A stretch of DNA of 62,056 nucleotides, counting the filler, from Stramenopiles sp. TOSAG23-6 (taxonomy: Eukaryota), in NCBI GenBank assembly GCA_900128565.1. It is 15 parts of 15 records of this genome, joined end to end, with 100 filler letters (N's around TTAATTAATTAA, not from the genome) between each part and the next. Parts side by side here need not be neighbours in the genome. Positions count along the whole stretch, not along the records: positions 33,264 to 37,295 come from LT637286.1; positions 37,396 to 41,426 come from LT637287.1; positions 41,527 to 45,555 come from LT637288.1; positions 45,656 to 49,684 come from LT637289.1; 11 more parts are not named here. One strand, given 5' to 3'. The notes below the pieces were generated by a model. It made no database searches, was not told the DNA's origin, and was given only the letters and a program-made list of their open reading frames with translations. Below, piece after piece: positions 34,405-46,388 of the stretch. A program made the translations under genes and the position numbers. Each line of letters begins with the position of its first letter. Within the stretch, counting starts at the first letter, position 1.

Positions 34405-35982
34405 TATCTTCNACTGNTCATTCTTTATTAGGATGTGTACANATTGATTTGTACTTGTAAAGTTAGAAAGATAAGATAACAAGTTGTATGTAAATGATAA
34501 TGTGTTTGTTTGCAATGTTTTATATCCCCGCTACTAAAGTGGCCTTCGTTCGTAGTACTCAAAGGTACGAGTGACGAGAATATAGCGATGAGATGACACG
34601 TGTTGGTTTGACATTTTGAACACGAAATCTCTCGATTTCAATGTAAAAAATATGAATATGAAACACGTACAAATTTTTATTTTTCAATAATAATTGACAA
34701 TATCAAGGTACAAAAGAACACAAATTTTCGAGGACNAATTGTACGCGCATATACTACACTACATAGCCGTTATAGGCTAGTAGCCTATACCATTTAAAAA
34801 AAAAACACGAAAAATGGGGCAGTTCAATGTCTATATATAATTCAAGAAGTCACGCGCATGAGCCCTAACCCCTAACCCTAATTCTATATACCTTTGCATG
34901 AGNCAGTTGCAGCGGTTNACTCGTCTTCNAATAGTATCGTCTAACACTACACCCGGTATGTTTTGCTNATCCGCAATTATAATTCAGAATGTATATTAGG
35001 TAAAACAATTCCATGCACTTTTGCGTAAAGAACGAAAGGCTACACAAAATAAAGAATGAAAANTGTTTCACAGATTTGTTTATTTCATTTGCTCTTTACT
35101 ATTATAAAAATTAGGTAGAGTCTTTGTATTTGTTTTTCTATGCCATGAATATGTCGACATGGCAGACGAAGACATTGACATGTGTATANTCTCTGCTATA
35201 GGGCGTTTTTCCATATGAAGTCGTCCACCTAAAATCCTCGAAATAATCTTACCGTCACGTTGACCGTCCTTACCAATACGACTAATTTGTTGTAGGTTCC
35301 CACCAATCTTTGCCACCTTTTCGGCAATTTGTACTACAATCTGAGAAGTCTTTAGGGGGACTGACATACTATATAGTGTTGTTTTGTGTTGATATTGTGA
35401 AATAGTCTAGATTTCTTCAGAAATTCTCTATACTTTCTGTCGTAGTACAACAACACACACTTACTTGTTTTCGTGAAAAAAGCCACGCGTCAAAAAAATC
35501 AAAAATTTTGGCCACGAGTCACTCAAGAAATTTTAAATTCAAAACAGTCAGCGTGGAAAGATTTTTGTACCATTTTTTCATATATAAAATTTAAACTCTT
35601 TTGACTTCAAGCGAGTTCATCTAATCGGCCTCGAGGTCATCTTTCTTCTCCGTTGTTTCGCTGTGTTTAAATAAAATTGAAACTTCGCCGAGTGAATATG
35701 ACGGATGATGCAGGCATTGAAATTCATCCCAAGAGCGCCAATCCCGGTGCGGATCACCAGGTACGTAGCATNGTATTGTATTTACGCAAATAAGTGTCGT
35801 ATATTTTTGTTTTTGTAACACTTTTAAAGTTATTTTCACAGTACTTACTAGAATCATTTTCTTGTTTCTCGTTTATAGTAACGAAAGTTTGCAAAACCCT
35901 TTGATATTATGAATATTTTACTCATTTTCTCTTTCATTTATAAATATTTCATTAAATATAGGCAGCACTTGGACTTTTAAAC

Positions 35983-37240
35983 TTGTTCTCGTCACCTGCA
36001 TCAGATTCTCCGGAGCGAGACTCCAAAAGTACCGATGGGTCAACTCCCCCTTTATTAGTATCAGATTCTGCGAATGCTACTCCAAGTCCTGGAACATCAC
36101 CAGATTCTAGATCAAGTAGTATTACTCCACCTAAAAAGAATGCGAGTATCACACCAAATATTGATACTCAAGCTTGTCCGCCAAAACCCGTGTGCGTCAC
36201 GACGCAAAACGACCTACACNAATATANTNCACAGAATGTCGTATTAAATGACACGTGCGCGACTGATCCTACAGTCTCTCAGACAACAAAACAAAGTGCG
36301 ACGGAAACATTGAACCATTCAAATGATTCTCACATGCCGCATTTAGGTTCCAACGATTCAAATATGCCAAATGTAGGTATGTTTCAAACACAAAAATTGG
36401 TAGATAACCCTAATGTCAATGGTGTCAATTTACAACAAATATTTGAAAACTCTCAACGAACAAACTTAACACCAATAGCTGACCAAGAAGTGGCCCACTT
36501 CGATAAAATGCCTCCCAGACCATTTACAAACACATTTCAAAACCAACATCCAATGGAATATGCATCAATGAATGGAATACCAAATGTTGCAACAAGTTTT
36601 ATTCCAGTTCTGAATCAGAATTCCATGAACGGAAATTCCATGAGTTTTAATAATGCGAACCAACCCCCTACAAATTTTAATCCTCAATTTCCATTTTCAT
36701 CTTTTCCAAATGGAAGTATGATACATCCAACTAATGGGAATATGATTAATCCCATCATGATGCAACACCTCTTGAACCAAAATATAAATCCAAATTTTAT
36801 GCCTGTTCCAACCAAGATGCCAAATATGCCAAATGTAGATGTTGATCTTAGTAGATTGTGTTCATCGTTACCATCCTCATGCTTTAAGTCGCCTTTGCCT
36901 TTGAATGAAAACAGTCAAAATGCTCATAATGTAACATATCCTTTCCATGTATTACAATCTTCACAACTAAATAGCCCAATGAAACAATTTTCTCCAACAC
37001 AAACTCCTATACAAATTCCGAGTTTGTGTCCACAATCAACAAAACATGTATGTTCCATGTTTTTTGAAATTTTTTTGAAATTTTTTTGTAAAAATTTTTT
37101 TTTTTTATTTTTTACTAAATATGTTTTTTTTTTTAAATATTTTTCTACAATACAAGAGTTCCGAGCAATGGGTGCTTTGAGTAGTCTTAGAAACACAAAC
37201 TGGGCACAAGTAAAAGGAGGGCTTTCTGGTCTTGGTAGTA
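35983..37240 (+). CDS. Low-complexity N/P/Q/S-rich protein (start uncertain, 3'-partial); introner 37048-~37155 and another from 37241
   Basis: Long ORF containing family repeats. Confidence 0.55.
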
Positions 37241-37395
37241 TGTATGTTTTATTTTTTTTTTTTAAATTTGAAATTCAAATTTTTTTTTTCGTACGNNNNN
37301 NNNNNNNNNNNNNNNNNNNNNNNNNNNNNNNNNNNNNNNTTAATTAATTAANNNNNNNNNNNNNNNNNNNNNNNNNNNNNNNNNNNNNNNNNNNN

Positions 37396-38892
37396 ACACG
37401 ACTCATATGCGCGTCCAGAAGAACAATAATAATTACCATGATCTTCGCTGATTGGGCTTATTTCTGGATATCCTCCACATTGCACACACAAATTAGTAGT
37501 GATAAAATCTAGATTAATAAAATGTACACGTTTAAAACCTGGGCTACATTTATCACCATCACATGCAAGACATCGTTTATCTGTACTTTTTTTTGAAGAA
37601 CAAAAAGTGCCGTCTTCTGTAGCTTCTGTAGTTCCTCCACATGGCTTGCAATACTCCTTCTCACTACCATCACCAGTAGTAGTATGAGTATCCAAAGTAT
37701 AACCTGGGTTACATTTATTACCACCTTCACATGGTTTACAGTAATTACCAATTGGATGGTCAAAACAAAATGAATGACTTTTAGTAGAATCGGCTGGATG
37801 TCCTCCACATGCTTCGCAATAGGAATTCAATATTCCCTTGTCCACATCTTCTTGGATTTTGAAAAAACCTCGGTTACATGTACCCTCATCACCACTATCA
37901 ACACCACATGGTTGACATCGAGGATCTTAAGTATACCCATTGTTACAAATATCACCTTCACATGGTGCACATTTAGAATTCCCAAAAGTCCTGCTGCAAA
38001 GTGTATGATCATCGCCATCCGGTAATCCTCCACAAGATGGTGCTGGTACTGGTGCTGGTACTGGTACTGGTGCTGGTTCTGCTTCTGCTGTTGTTGTTGC
38101 CGCTATTGCATCTGGTGTTGGTGTTGTTGGTGGTGGTGTTGGTGGTGGTGGTGTTGGAAGACATTGACCATCACTACATATTTCATTTATCTTACAATCT
38201 CCACATAGATCATTAGTACGTAATGCATTAGTTGTAGTATTGTTTGTTTTTGTTGATGATTTGTTATAAAAAAGACCAAAATAAATACCACAACCAATAC
38301 CAACCAATAATAAAATACCTAAAAGTATTTTACAATAACCAGCAATAGCACAACCATTCGCACTACGGTAGCTACAAGAGCCTGACGGACATAAAGTAGT
38401 TTTATTCTCTTTGTTGTTTTTTTTCTTTTTCTTTTGTTTTGAAGAAGAAGACGGCGAAGCTTTCGTTCCATTTACTCCATTTACTGAACCAACTTCAACA
38501 CAGTGTACACTTTTCTTATCTTTCTTATCTTTCTTATCTTTCTTGTTGGATAGATTGATCACAGGATTGACCTGTTTTGTTGTTGTCGTTGTTGTACTTG
38601 CTCCAACTTCAGTATCATTCTCATCATCATCAGCTTCATTGTATGTACGAAACCATTGAAATTGTTTATGTTTTTCTGGTTTTTCTGGTTTTTCTGTTGT
38701 TGTTGTTGTTGTACTTGCTCCAACTTCAACACCTTTGTTATCAGCTTGATTATACTCACAATATGTTTCAAAAGGATATGGTTGTACGGGTTGCTTATCT
38801 TTGTCTTTTGGATCTTCGGTAGTGTACATCGAATGTTTTGTCTTGTTTGTGTCGTTTGTTTCTTGTTGTTCTGAGTTTAGAAATGAAAACAT
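37396..38892 (-). CDS. Single-pass membrane protein with Cys-rich (CxxCGG) repeats; in-frame TAA at 37927-37929
   Basis: TM segment ILLGILLLVGIGCGIYFGLFY, P/T-rich stalk, repeats C.PC.G..CN.G[YF]; the frame continues past the stop. Confidence 0.6.
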
Positions 38893-39345
38893 ATTATTGA
38901 CAAGATTATTGACGATGTTTTGTTTTTTTAAGATGTTTTAGAGTACTTAGAGTATTGGCAATTATGATTGATTACCTATGGATGTCCTCTTTCAATTGAT
39001 ATATATAAAGTCTTTTTTTTATAGAAAAGTATATACTATATAAGTATGCACACAAATAAAGATTTCACAAATTTTCGTCGTGTAGGACGAATTCATGTAA
39101 AGTAACGTAAAAAATCTGAAAAAAAAAATCCAATTTAATATCGACTAAAAAAAAAAAAATCGATTTTGTAACCGTTTTTATGTTACAAACGTTTTGAAAA
39201 AATCGAATCTTCTATGAAGTACGTATTTGCCTATATACAAAAAAGACAAAAAGAACAAATTATAACAAAACTTTTGTATATCAAATTCTCTTTACATCGT
39301 TACTTCTTTATATCTTTGTAATACATCCAATACAACTTATAAACA

Positions 39346-41344
39346 ATGAAGAAACTTTTTGTGATAGATACTAAATATCATACAAAAGGAAAGGTAATTT
39401 TTGCTTGGCAAGGTGATGGCCATTTTCTTGCAACGTCAGGTGAAAATGGAATTGTTCACATCTTTGACCGACAAGGAAACGATGTGGATGAAATTGCTAT
39501 CCATGGAGATGTATGCACATCCTTAGAATGGGATAAAGATGGTCAATATTTAGCTGTTTTACAAAAAGGTAATGGCGTTGTTACCTTATGGAATCAATCC
39601 ACTCGAAGTATNCAAAAAATCGATACTAATTTAAAAAATCCGACATTTCTTTCTTGGTCCATAAACGGTCCTCAACTTGCTATTGGTACTGAAAAAGGGA
39701 ATTTATTATTATACAGAAAGGATACAAGACGGATGATACCTATATTAGGTAAACATACAAGACAAATATCATGTGGTTGTTGGTTATCGAATAATACATT
39801 AGCGTTAGGATCAGATGATGGGTCAGTTACGCTAAGCACATCGAATGGTGATACTTTGGATCATTTTGATGTTGGTGGACGTCCAGTGGCAATTCAATGT
39901 GTTGTACAAGACTCATCCTTAGGGTTGACACAAGACATTCAATCTACACAAAAAATAGATGAAAAAAAAGATTCTTTTGGTTCAGATTCAAGTGAAAATA
40001 ATACAGGAGTTGCAGTTACAATTGATTATAACAAAATAATGTTATATAAAGATTTAAGCCTAGGTAAGAAAGAGAAAAAAAGAAAACCAAAAGAAATTCA
40101 ATTTCAAAAACGTTATGGAGCAATTGTTAATTCTGTTTGGTATGCACAAAATTCTTTAATTGTCGCCTTTTCTAAAGGTACATTTTATTTATTTATTTTT
40201 TTTTGTATGAATTTGAATTTTTTTTTCATACGGAATTTCGTACCTAACAATTTTTTTTTTTTTTTTTTTTTTTTATTTTTTTTTTTTTTTTTTGTATGAG
40301 ATTTTTTTTTGTTTTTTTTCATACGAAATTTCGTACCTAATAAATTTTCAAAATTTTTAAAATTTTTTTCACAATATAGGATACACAATCATTGTCTCAA
40401 CAGAGGAGAATGACATTGGAACAGAACTGTTTTCATGGAAATTATTTGATGACCATTTGTATAACATTTGTTATAATACAAAATTAAAACGATTTGCTGC
40501 TCTTGGTGATGATTCATTGAAAATAATTGAATATAATGAAAATGAAAATATTTGGAAAAAAATATCAAATAATTCTATCCAATTAAAAAGTAAAAAATTT
40601 GGTACAGCAACTTCAATGTGTTTTTTTTTTTTTTTTCAATTTTTTTTTTTTTGTATGAATTTTTTTTTTTTTTTGAAAATTTTGTACCTAACAGATTTTC
40701 AAAATTTTTTTTGAAATATTTTTCCAAAATACATCGACTGGACAAATGATGGTCAGATTATTACACTTAGTACAAACACAGCCAATATTACATCATATGT
40801 TGCTACAATGTCAACTATAAATAGTACATTTGGTACAAAAATTTGTTATTGTTCATCATTACAAGAATTGGCTATTATTGACGTACGTTTTTAGTATGAA
40901 TTTTATTTTATTTTATTTTTTTTGTTTTTTGTTTTTTTTGTACGAAATTTTGTACCTAACAAAAAAAAAAAAAATATTTTTCACAAAATATGTACGACAA
41001 AACAATNNNNNNNNNNNNNNNNNNNNNNNNNNNNNNNNNNNNNNNNNNNNNNNNNNNNNNNNNNNNNNNNNNNNNNNNNNNNNNNNNNNNNNNNNNNNNN
41101 NNNNNNNNNNNNNNNNNNNNNNAATTTCGAAATTTTAAATTTTTTTTTTTTTTTTTTTTTTTGTACAACATTTTGTACCTAAACAACAAAAAAAAAATGA
41201 AATATTTGTTTACAATATTTGGGGTAGGAATGAATTCACATTTATGGTTTTATTATTGTACTAAAGGGGAATATAAGTTAGTGAGAGAGAGAGACTATCT
41301 TGGTACAGTTGAACATGTTTGTATTAGTACACAGTATGCAGCAG
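39346..41344 (+). CDS. WDR19: WD repeat protein 19 / IFT144 (3'-partial); introns 40178-40379 (GT-AG), 40618-40734 and 40883-40991 (GT-AT)
   Basis: MKKLF, FAWQGDGHFLA, LEWDKDG, QLAIGTEKGNLLLY....R.IPILGKHTRQI.CGCW, DWTNDGQ, VGMNSHLWFY, RDYLGTV. Confidence 0.9.
40178..40379 (+). mobile_element. Introner-like element forming a canonical GT-AG intron (AG duplication), duplicated core
   Basis: AAA G|GTACATTTT...CACAATATAG|GA TAC. Confidence 0.8.
40618..40734 (+). mobile_element. Introner-like element / GT-AT intron (WDR19)
   Basis: TCA AT|GTGTTTT...CCAAAATACAT|C GAC TGG gives SIDWTNDGQ. Confidence 0.85.
40883..40991 (+). mobile_element. Introner-like element / GT-AT intron (WDR19; 5' flank AC)
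   Basis: GAC|GTACGTTTT...CACAAAATAT|GTA CGA. Confidence 0.75.
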
Positions 41345-41388
41345 GTATGTTTTTTTTTCCTACAAAAATTTCAAAATTTCAAAATTTC

Positions 41389-41426
<38 letters not shown>

Positions 41427-41612
41427 NNNNNNNNNNNNNNNNNNNNNNNNNNNNNNNNNNNNNNNNNNNNTTAATTAATTAANNNNNNNNNNNNNNNNNN
41501 NNNNNNNNNNNNNNNNNNNNNNNNNNTGTGAAAAAATATTTTAGAAAAAAAAATGTTAGGTACGGAATTTCGTACGAAAAAAAACTATTTGAAATTTATA
41601 ATGGAAACGTAC

Positions 41613-42982
41613 ATTACTTCAAAAAGTGAAAGTTGTGCAGTTACTGCAGTAGATTCCTCAATTCTATCGCGAATATCTTGAGATTTTTGTGATTCAATAG
41701 CTCGTATGAAATCAGAGGAACAATCTCTTTCAAGTAATACAGTTTCATGTATTCTGAAAAAATATTTTTTTTATAAAATTTGTTAGGTACACAATTTCGT
41801 ACGAAAAAAAATATAAATTTAAAATTAAGAAAAAAACTAAAACATACAGCTACCTCCGCCAGCTTTTGGTGATGGCGTCGTTGAAGTAAAAGACAGTTGT
41901 TGAAATGTTAGGGATTTTTTAGGAGTTTCCAAAGAAACCATATTCGAATCTGAATGTATTGTGAAAAAATATTAAAAAAAAAAAAAACTCAAATTTGTTA
42001 GGTACGAAATTTCGTATGAAAAAAAAATTAAATTAGAAATTCATATAAAACGTACATGTAATCGTCTTGACCTACGGCGACTATTTTTGTTATTCTTATT
42101 CACCCGTTTCGACATTGGAGTTGCAATTTCGATAAATTTTTCAACTTCATGTATTCAGGAAGAATATATCAAATTTGAAATTTGTTAGAGATGTTGCAAA
42201 ATTTGGATTATGTAAAACGTTAGGTACAAAATTTCGTATGAAACCAAAATTGATAATAAAAACGTACGTGAGAATTATCAATCAGAAAAATGTATGCGAC
42301 AATTGATATTAGAAGTACAATGTAAGCACTACTAAAATACAAATGAGTTCCAGTGCTATGAGCACCTTCTGTAGCAGCTTTCGTGATAACTTTTAAAATA
42401 CCCATGATAATCCCAGCAAAGCCAATTCCGCTGGATACTGCAGAAGTGTGCGCACCTGTACAACACCCTGCAATAGCAAACATGGAGCCTTGCACAACAG
42501 CACCACCAAATCCAACGAGAACGCCCATAACCATAATTTCCCAGAACTCTGATACACCATCTTTAGTTATTAAATATTGAGTAATAATACAAACACCAAC
42601 AAGCATAATTAGACCACCTACAACGTTAACTTTATGCGAAAACGGAAAGCCAAAAGCAGCACTAAGACCGAGAACAAAAATGTTCGGAGTAATTGAACCT
42701 GCCAGAATCCAAGGGATTGACCAGTCACCAAAAAGATGTTTGAAGGTATCAAAGCATTGAATATTATGTATGATATATATGAATTATAATAAATATGAAT
42801 AAATATAGCAATAATTTGGATGATGTATACGATGGTCCAAGAATTGTTACATACAGAAACGCATTGTATGGAGTCAATATCCCAATACCAAGAATAAAGA
42901 ACGCAAGTATTACAAAACGCTCTTTCTTTTTTGGAACGCTAGAAGTGTGCACTGGTATAGATAATGCTGGTGTTGATACCAT
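41613..42982 (-). CDS. Equilibrative nucleoside transporter (ENT/SLC29), 3'-partial; introns 42761-42854, 42149-42267, 41954-42055, 41747-41847
   Basis: FFILGIGILTPYNAFL|QCFDTF, GFGGAVVQGSMFAIAG, HTSAVSSGIGFAGI, LKVITKA. Confidence 0.85.
41747..42267 (-). mobile_element. Three introner-like GT-AT introns (41747-41847, 41954-42055, 42149-42267) in the ENT central loop
   Basis: GCT|GTATG..AATACAT|GAA; CAT|GTACG..AATACAT|TCA; CAC|GTACG..AATACAT|GAA. Confidence 0.8.
42761..42854 (-). other. GT-AT intron lacking the introner core
   Basis: TTT CT|GTATGTAAC...TACATAATAT|T CAA TGC restores PYNAFLQCFDTF, colinear with the ENT PWNAFITAVDYF pattern; no AG near the 3' end. Confidence 0.75.
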
Positions 42983-43359
42983 TTTAAAATGAATTACTGT
43001 AAAACCTTAGTAAAAAATGTTTTAGGTAATATCTCGCACCACTATACAGATACTGTAGAACACGACGTAGTATTTACAAACAGAACGGAATATAGTCAGT
43101 CCAAGTGTGTCAAATTCAATTTTTTGATATTTCGTGTAATTACCACTGAGCAAAGTGCAATTGCGTATTTCGTGTTACGACACCGACGCGATTGCCAATT
43201 GGTTTTTTTCTGAAATATTATTAAATTTTTCTAAAAGCAAATGTCGGACATCATCTATCTCCGAGAACCATAACGGTAAAGATACAAAGATACCATAACT
43301 TTTGTATCAGTATTTACATTATATATTAACAAGCCAACTCTTCGCAACATTAGAACAAT

Positions 43360-44782
43360 ATGCCAATACCTCTAAGTGATAAAGGCATGAAGTCACCGCG
43401 CCTGTCTTTGACTGCGAGTCAATCAAGTGTGCCGGTAAACAACGATTCTCAGCACGTCAGGGGTAAAAAAATTCTCATCGTTGACGACAATCATCAAGAA
43501 AGAGGAGAAACGCAAGCAAGGTTATTAAAAGCAGGCGTAAAAAGTGCCGTCCCTGTTGACTGCGCAGAAGCAGCTGCTTTATTTGCTGAGAAACGCCCCC
43601 TGCATACCATGTTTGATGTAGTCCTACTTGATTGGCGCTGTCCCAACGTTCAAGGAATTCCGTTTCCACGCCTATTATCGGATACATACAACGGTACTGA
43701 ATTACGTGTATTTATTACTGAACCCAATGCTCGGCCTCACCAGTCAAGAAATGGATTACATGTACTTTCCAAGCCCATCGTGATGCATGAACTCGAACAC
43801 TTGTGTTCTTTACCACCGCACACTTTATGGGGTCCTGTGCCTGCCGAACCTGTTCATCCACTCTACAGCCAAACTGCTCCAGGTTCACCTTCGCATTCTT
43901 TTAACATTGACTCATGGAGACAGACTAATCATGATATTGTACAGGACCAAAGAAGACAGTTGGCACCAGGTGCAGTTTATGCCGATGATGAGGAAACTGA
44001 ATATGAGAACCCTAAAAAATACCACCATGCAACTCCACACGATGAACCTCACGGGATGACCTTTGGAATGAACCATGACGAGCTCTCAAAGACAGAACAA
44101 AACATGATGCTTTTTGCCGCTTTTGCCTTTTTCATTGCTGCACTTGCATGTTTTATCAAGTATACTACGGAAGTTAAGAAAGACAACCCAAAGCATTTGG
44201 ATCTTTATGTTGCTACTACTGGAGTTTCAATGATGGCGTTCTGTGCATATCTTGCCAAATCAATTGGTCAAGGATATATCACTGTAAATGGTGTGACTAT
44301 CTGTCATGTTCGTTACATTGATTGGTTCTGTACCACACCACTCATGATTTACGATTTAACTGCTCTCGCTGGGGCTTCAACGGCTACATCAATTTTTACA
44401 ATCCTTGTTGATTTATGTATGATTGTTTTTGGAATTGTTGGAATGAGCTCGGCTGAATGGCGTCACAAATGTATCTGGTATTTTGTGGCGTGCGTTTTTT
44501 ATATCGTTCTCATTTACCTACTGTTGTCACCAATCCAATCCGCAGTGGACAGGGAAAAAACCGAAAGCAACACAAGATGTTTACGGCACATTGGTAACTA
44601 TGACAATTGTTTCATGGACAGCATATCCTTTGGTTACCTTGAATGGACCTAACGGTGTTTACGTTAATTCTAAGGACGTGGTTGGGTGTTACAGCCACCA
44701 CACAGAAGCTATTTTGATTGTATTCTTGGATCTTGTTTCAAAAATTGGTTTTGAGGCAATTCTCATATTTTCCGATTATTAA
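43360..44782 (+). CDS. Receiver (REC) domain - microbial (type-1) rhodopsin fusion, DTD motif; 1-nt frameshift at ~44555-44560
   Basis: ILIVDD...DVVLLDWRCP...VFIT...LSKP; helix C RYIDWFCTTPLMIYD; helix F SWTAYPLV; helix G LDLVSKIGF in the +1 frame. Confidence 0.85.
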
Positions 44783-44982
44783 ATGGCATATTTATTTCTG
44801 AATAAGCATCTTTTACGTTACGCGTAATCGATTAATTGTATAATAAAACTGTATTATAAAAACAAAAATATATTTAAGCAATTGGATCACAAGTAGATTT
44901 TTATTTTCTAATCAAAATGTACTATACGAGCATTGCCATACGAACATAAATCTTTATATAGTAAACAAACTACAAAAATTGT

Positions 44983-45555
44983 TCAAGCAAATGGATCAAA
45001 TTCAATAGAATTGTTTCCATTGTTGAGATTCATGTTTTTGTTATTTTTGTTGTTCATTTCATGTGCTGCAAATGGATCAAATCCATTTGGACCTGAAAAA
45101 GGATCGAATGCCGGGACTGGATTCGTTTTATTGTTGTTTAGGTTCATATTTTTGTTATTTTGGAAACCGCCCATATTATTGTTATTATATCCAACTCTAT
45201 TGGCAGGTGGTGGTCTTGGAGGCATTTGACCATATCCACGATTAAACTGAGGCGATTGACCCATAGAATTTCTACCTTGCATCATAGGAGCATTTAAATT
45301 ACCTTGGTTTTGCATTGCAAGGAATGGATTACTCCCAACTCTCTGACGTCCCTGTGGAGGTGCTTGGGCTACTGATCCAAATGCATCAGACACAGAAAGA
45401 TTATTTACAGGCGCGTGAGCTTGTTGCGGTTGCATTACCGAATTTCCCCCAAAAGGATCAAATTGATTACCAACACCTCCACTGCCACCGCCTGCAGATT
45501 GTGCGAATAATGCATCAAGATCCAATTCACCTTTAGGTCCAGTACTCGACGTAGA
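44983..45555 (-). CDS. C-terminus of an endocytic-adaptor-like protein with DPF/NPF motifs (5'-partial)
   Basis: FDPFG, SNPFL, FDPFS, FDPFA x2 in a disordered tail. Confidence 0.55.
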   Translation of the reverse strand, partial: STSSTGPKGELDLDALFAQSAGGGSGGVGNQFDPFGGNSVMQPQQAHAPVNNLSVSDAFGSVAQAPPQGRQRVGSNPFLAMQNQGNLNAPMMQGRNSMGQSPQFNRGYGQMPPRPPPANRVGYNNNNMGGFQNNKNMNLNNNKTNPVPAFDPFSGPNGFDPFAAHEMNNKNNKNMNLNNGNNSIEFDPFA

Positions 45556-45752
45556 NNNNNNNNNNNNNNNNNNNNNNNNNNNNNNNNNNNNNNNNNNNNT
45601 TAATTAATTAANNNNNNNNNNNNNNNNNNNNNNNNNNNNNNNNNNNNNNNNNNNNAATTTTGTACCTAACATTTTTTTTTTTTTTTTGAAATATTTTTCC
45701 AAAATACATGGCAATTTGGACCTCCAATATCGGGGATGCAAGTTTCTTTCAT

Positions 45753-45852
45753 GTACGTTTTCATTATGAATTTTAAATTTATTTTTTTTTCATACGAAAT
45801 TTTGTACCTAACAAAAAAAATGAAAAAAAAAAAATATTTTTTCACAATACAT
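45753..45852 (+). mobile_element. Introner-like element / GT-AT intron in an unidentified 3' gene fragment (another 3' end at ~45656-45709)
   Basis: CAT|GTACGTTTT...CACAATACAT|GTT. Confidence 0.75.
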
Positions 45853-46388
45853 GTTAAATATCAATGGTTCGAAGATTTGTGCACAAGATGTGCAGCTTGT
45901 TTTCGATTCAAACACATCAGGTTTAGACTATTATTCTAATACCTAGTTTGTAAATGGTATGGGAAACCTAGAGTCAATTACATAGTAAAATCAGCATAAC
46001 TTGTTAGTGTGTAGTATTGGAATTGTTATTTTAAAGAAAATTTAAATTTTCGCAATTAATTCAGAACTTACCAATAAACTAGATCAAAATTTTAGTAATT
46101 TAACATTTAATTTTTTTTTTAGTTTTTGCGTTTTACATATTACTATACCTATGTAAGTAAGAATTTTCGTATTGTATGAATGTTCGCTGATCAATGCATT
46201 GAGACCCGCGATTTCGTGGACATGTGGGTAGTACCGGGTACCGGATATTGAGTCAGTTTGGTTTTTCCAAGTCAGGTAGAGAGAGAGACAGGTAAATTTT
46301 CAAGAATACTACTACAAAGGCCAGTCTCTATAATTTCTAGCATATCTTGATTTAATTACATAGTTTATTATTCAAGTAATATTAGAGA

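Noticed and set aside
37927-37929. Stop-codon reassignment
   Set aside because: TAA, TAG and TGA all end genes at expected positions (for example COPG and the Sel1-MYND genes with TAA, GPN1 with TGA); other internal stops fall inside the introns.
41527-45555. Functional cluster of ENT transporter, rhodopsin and DPF-motif protein
   Set aside because: Eukaryotic neighbours in divergent and convergent orientation with no evidence of a shared pathway.
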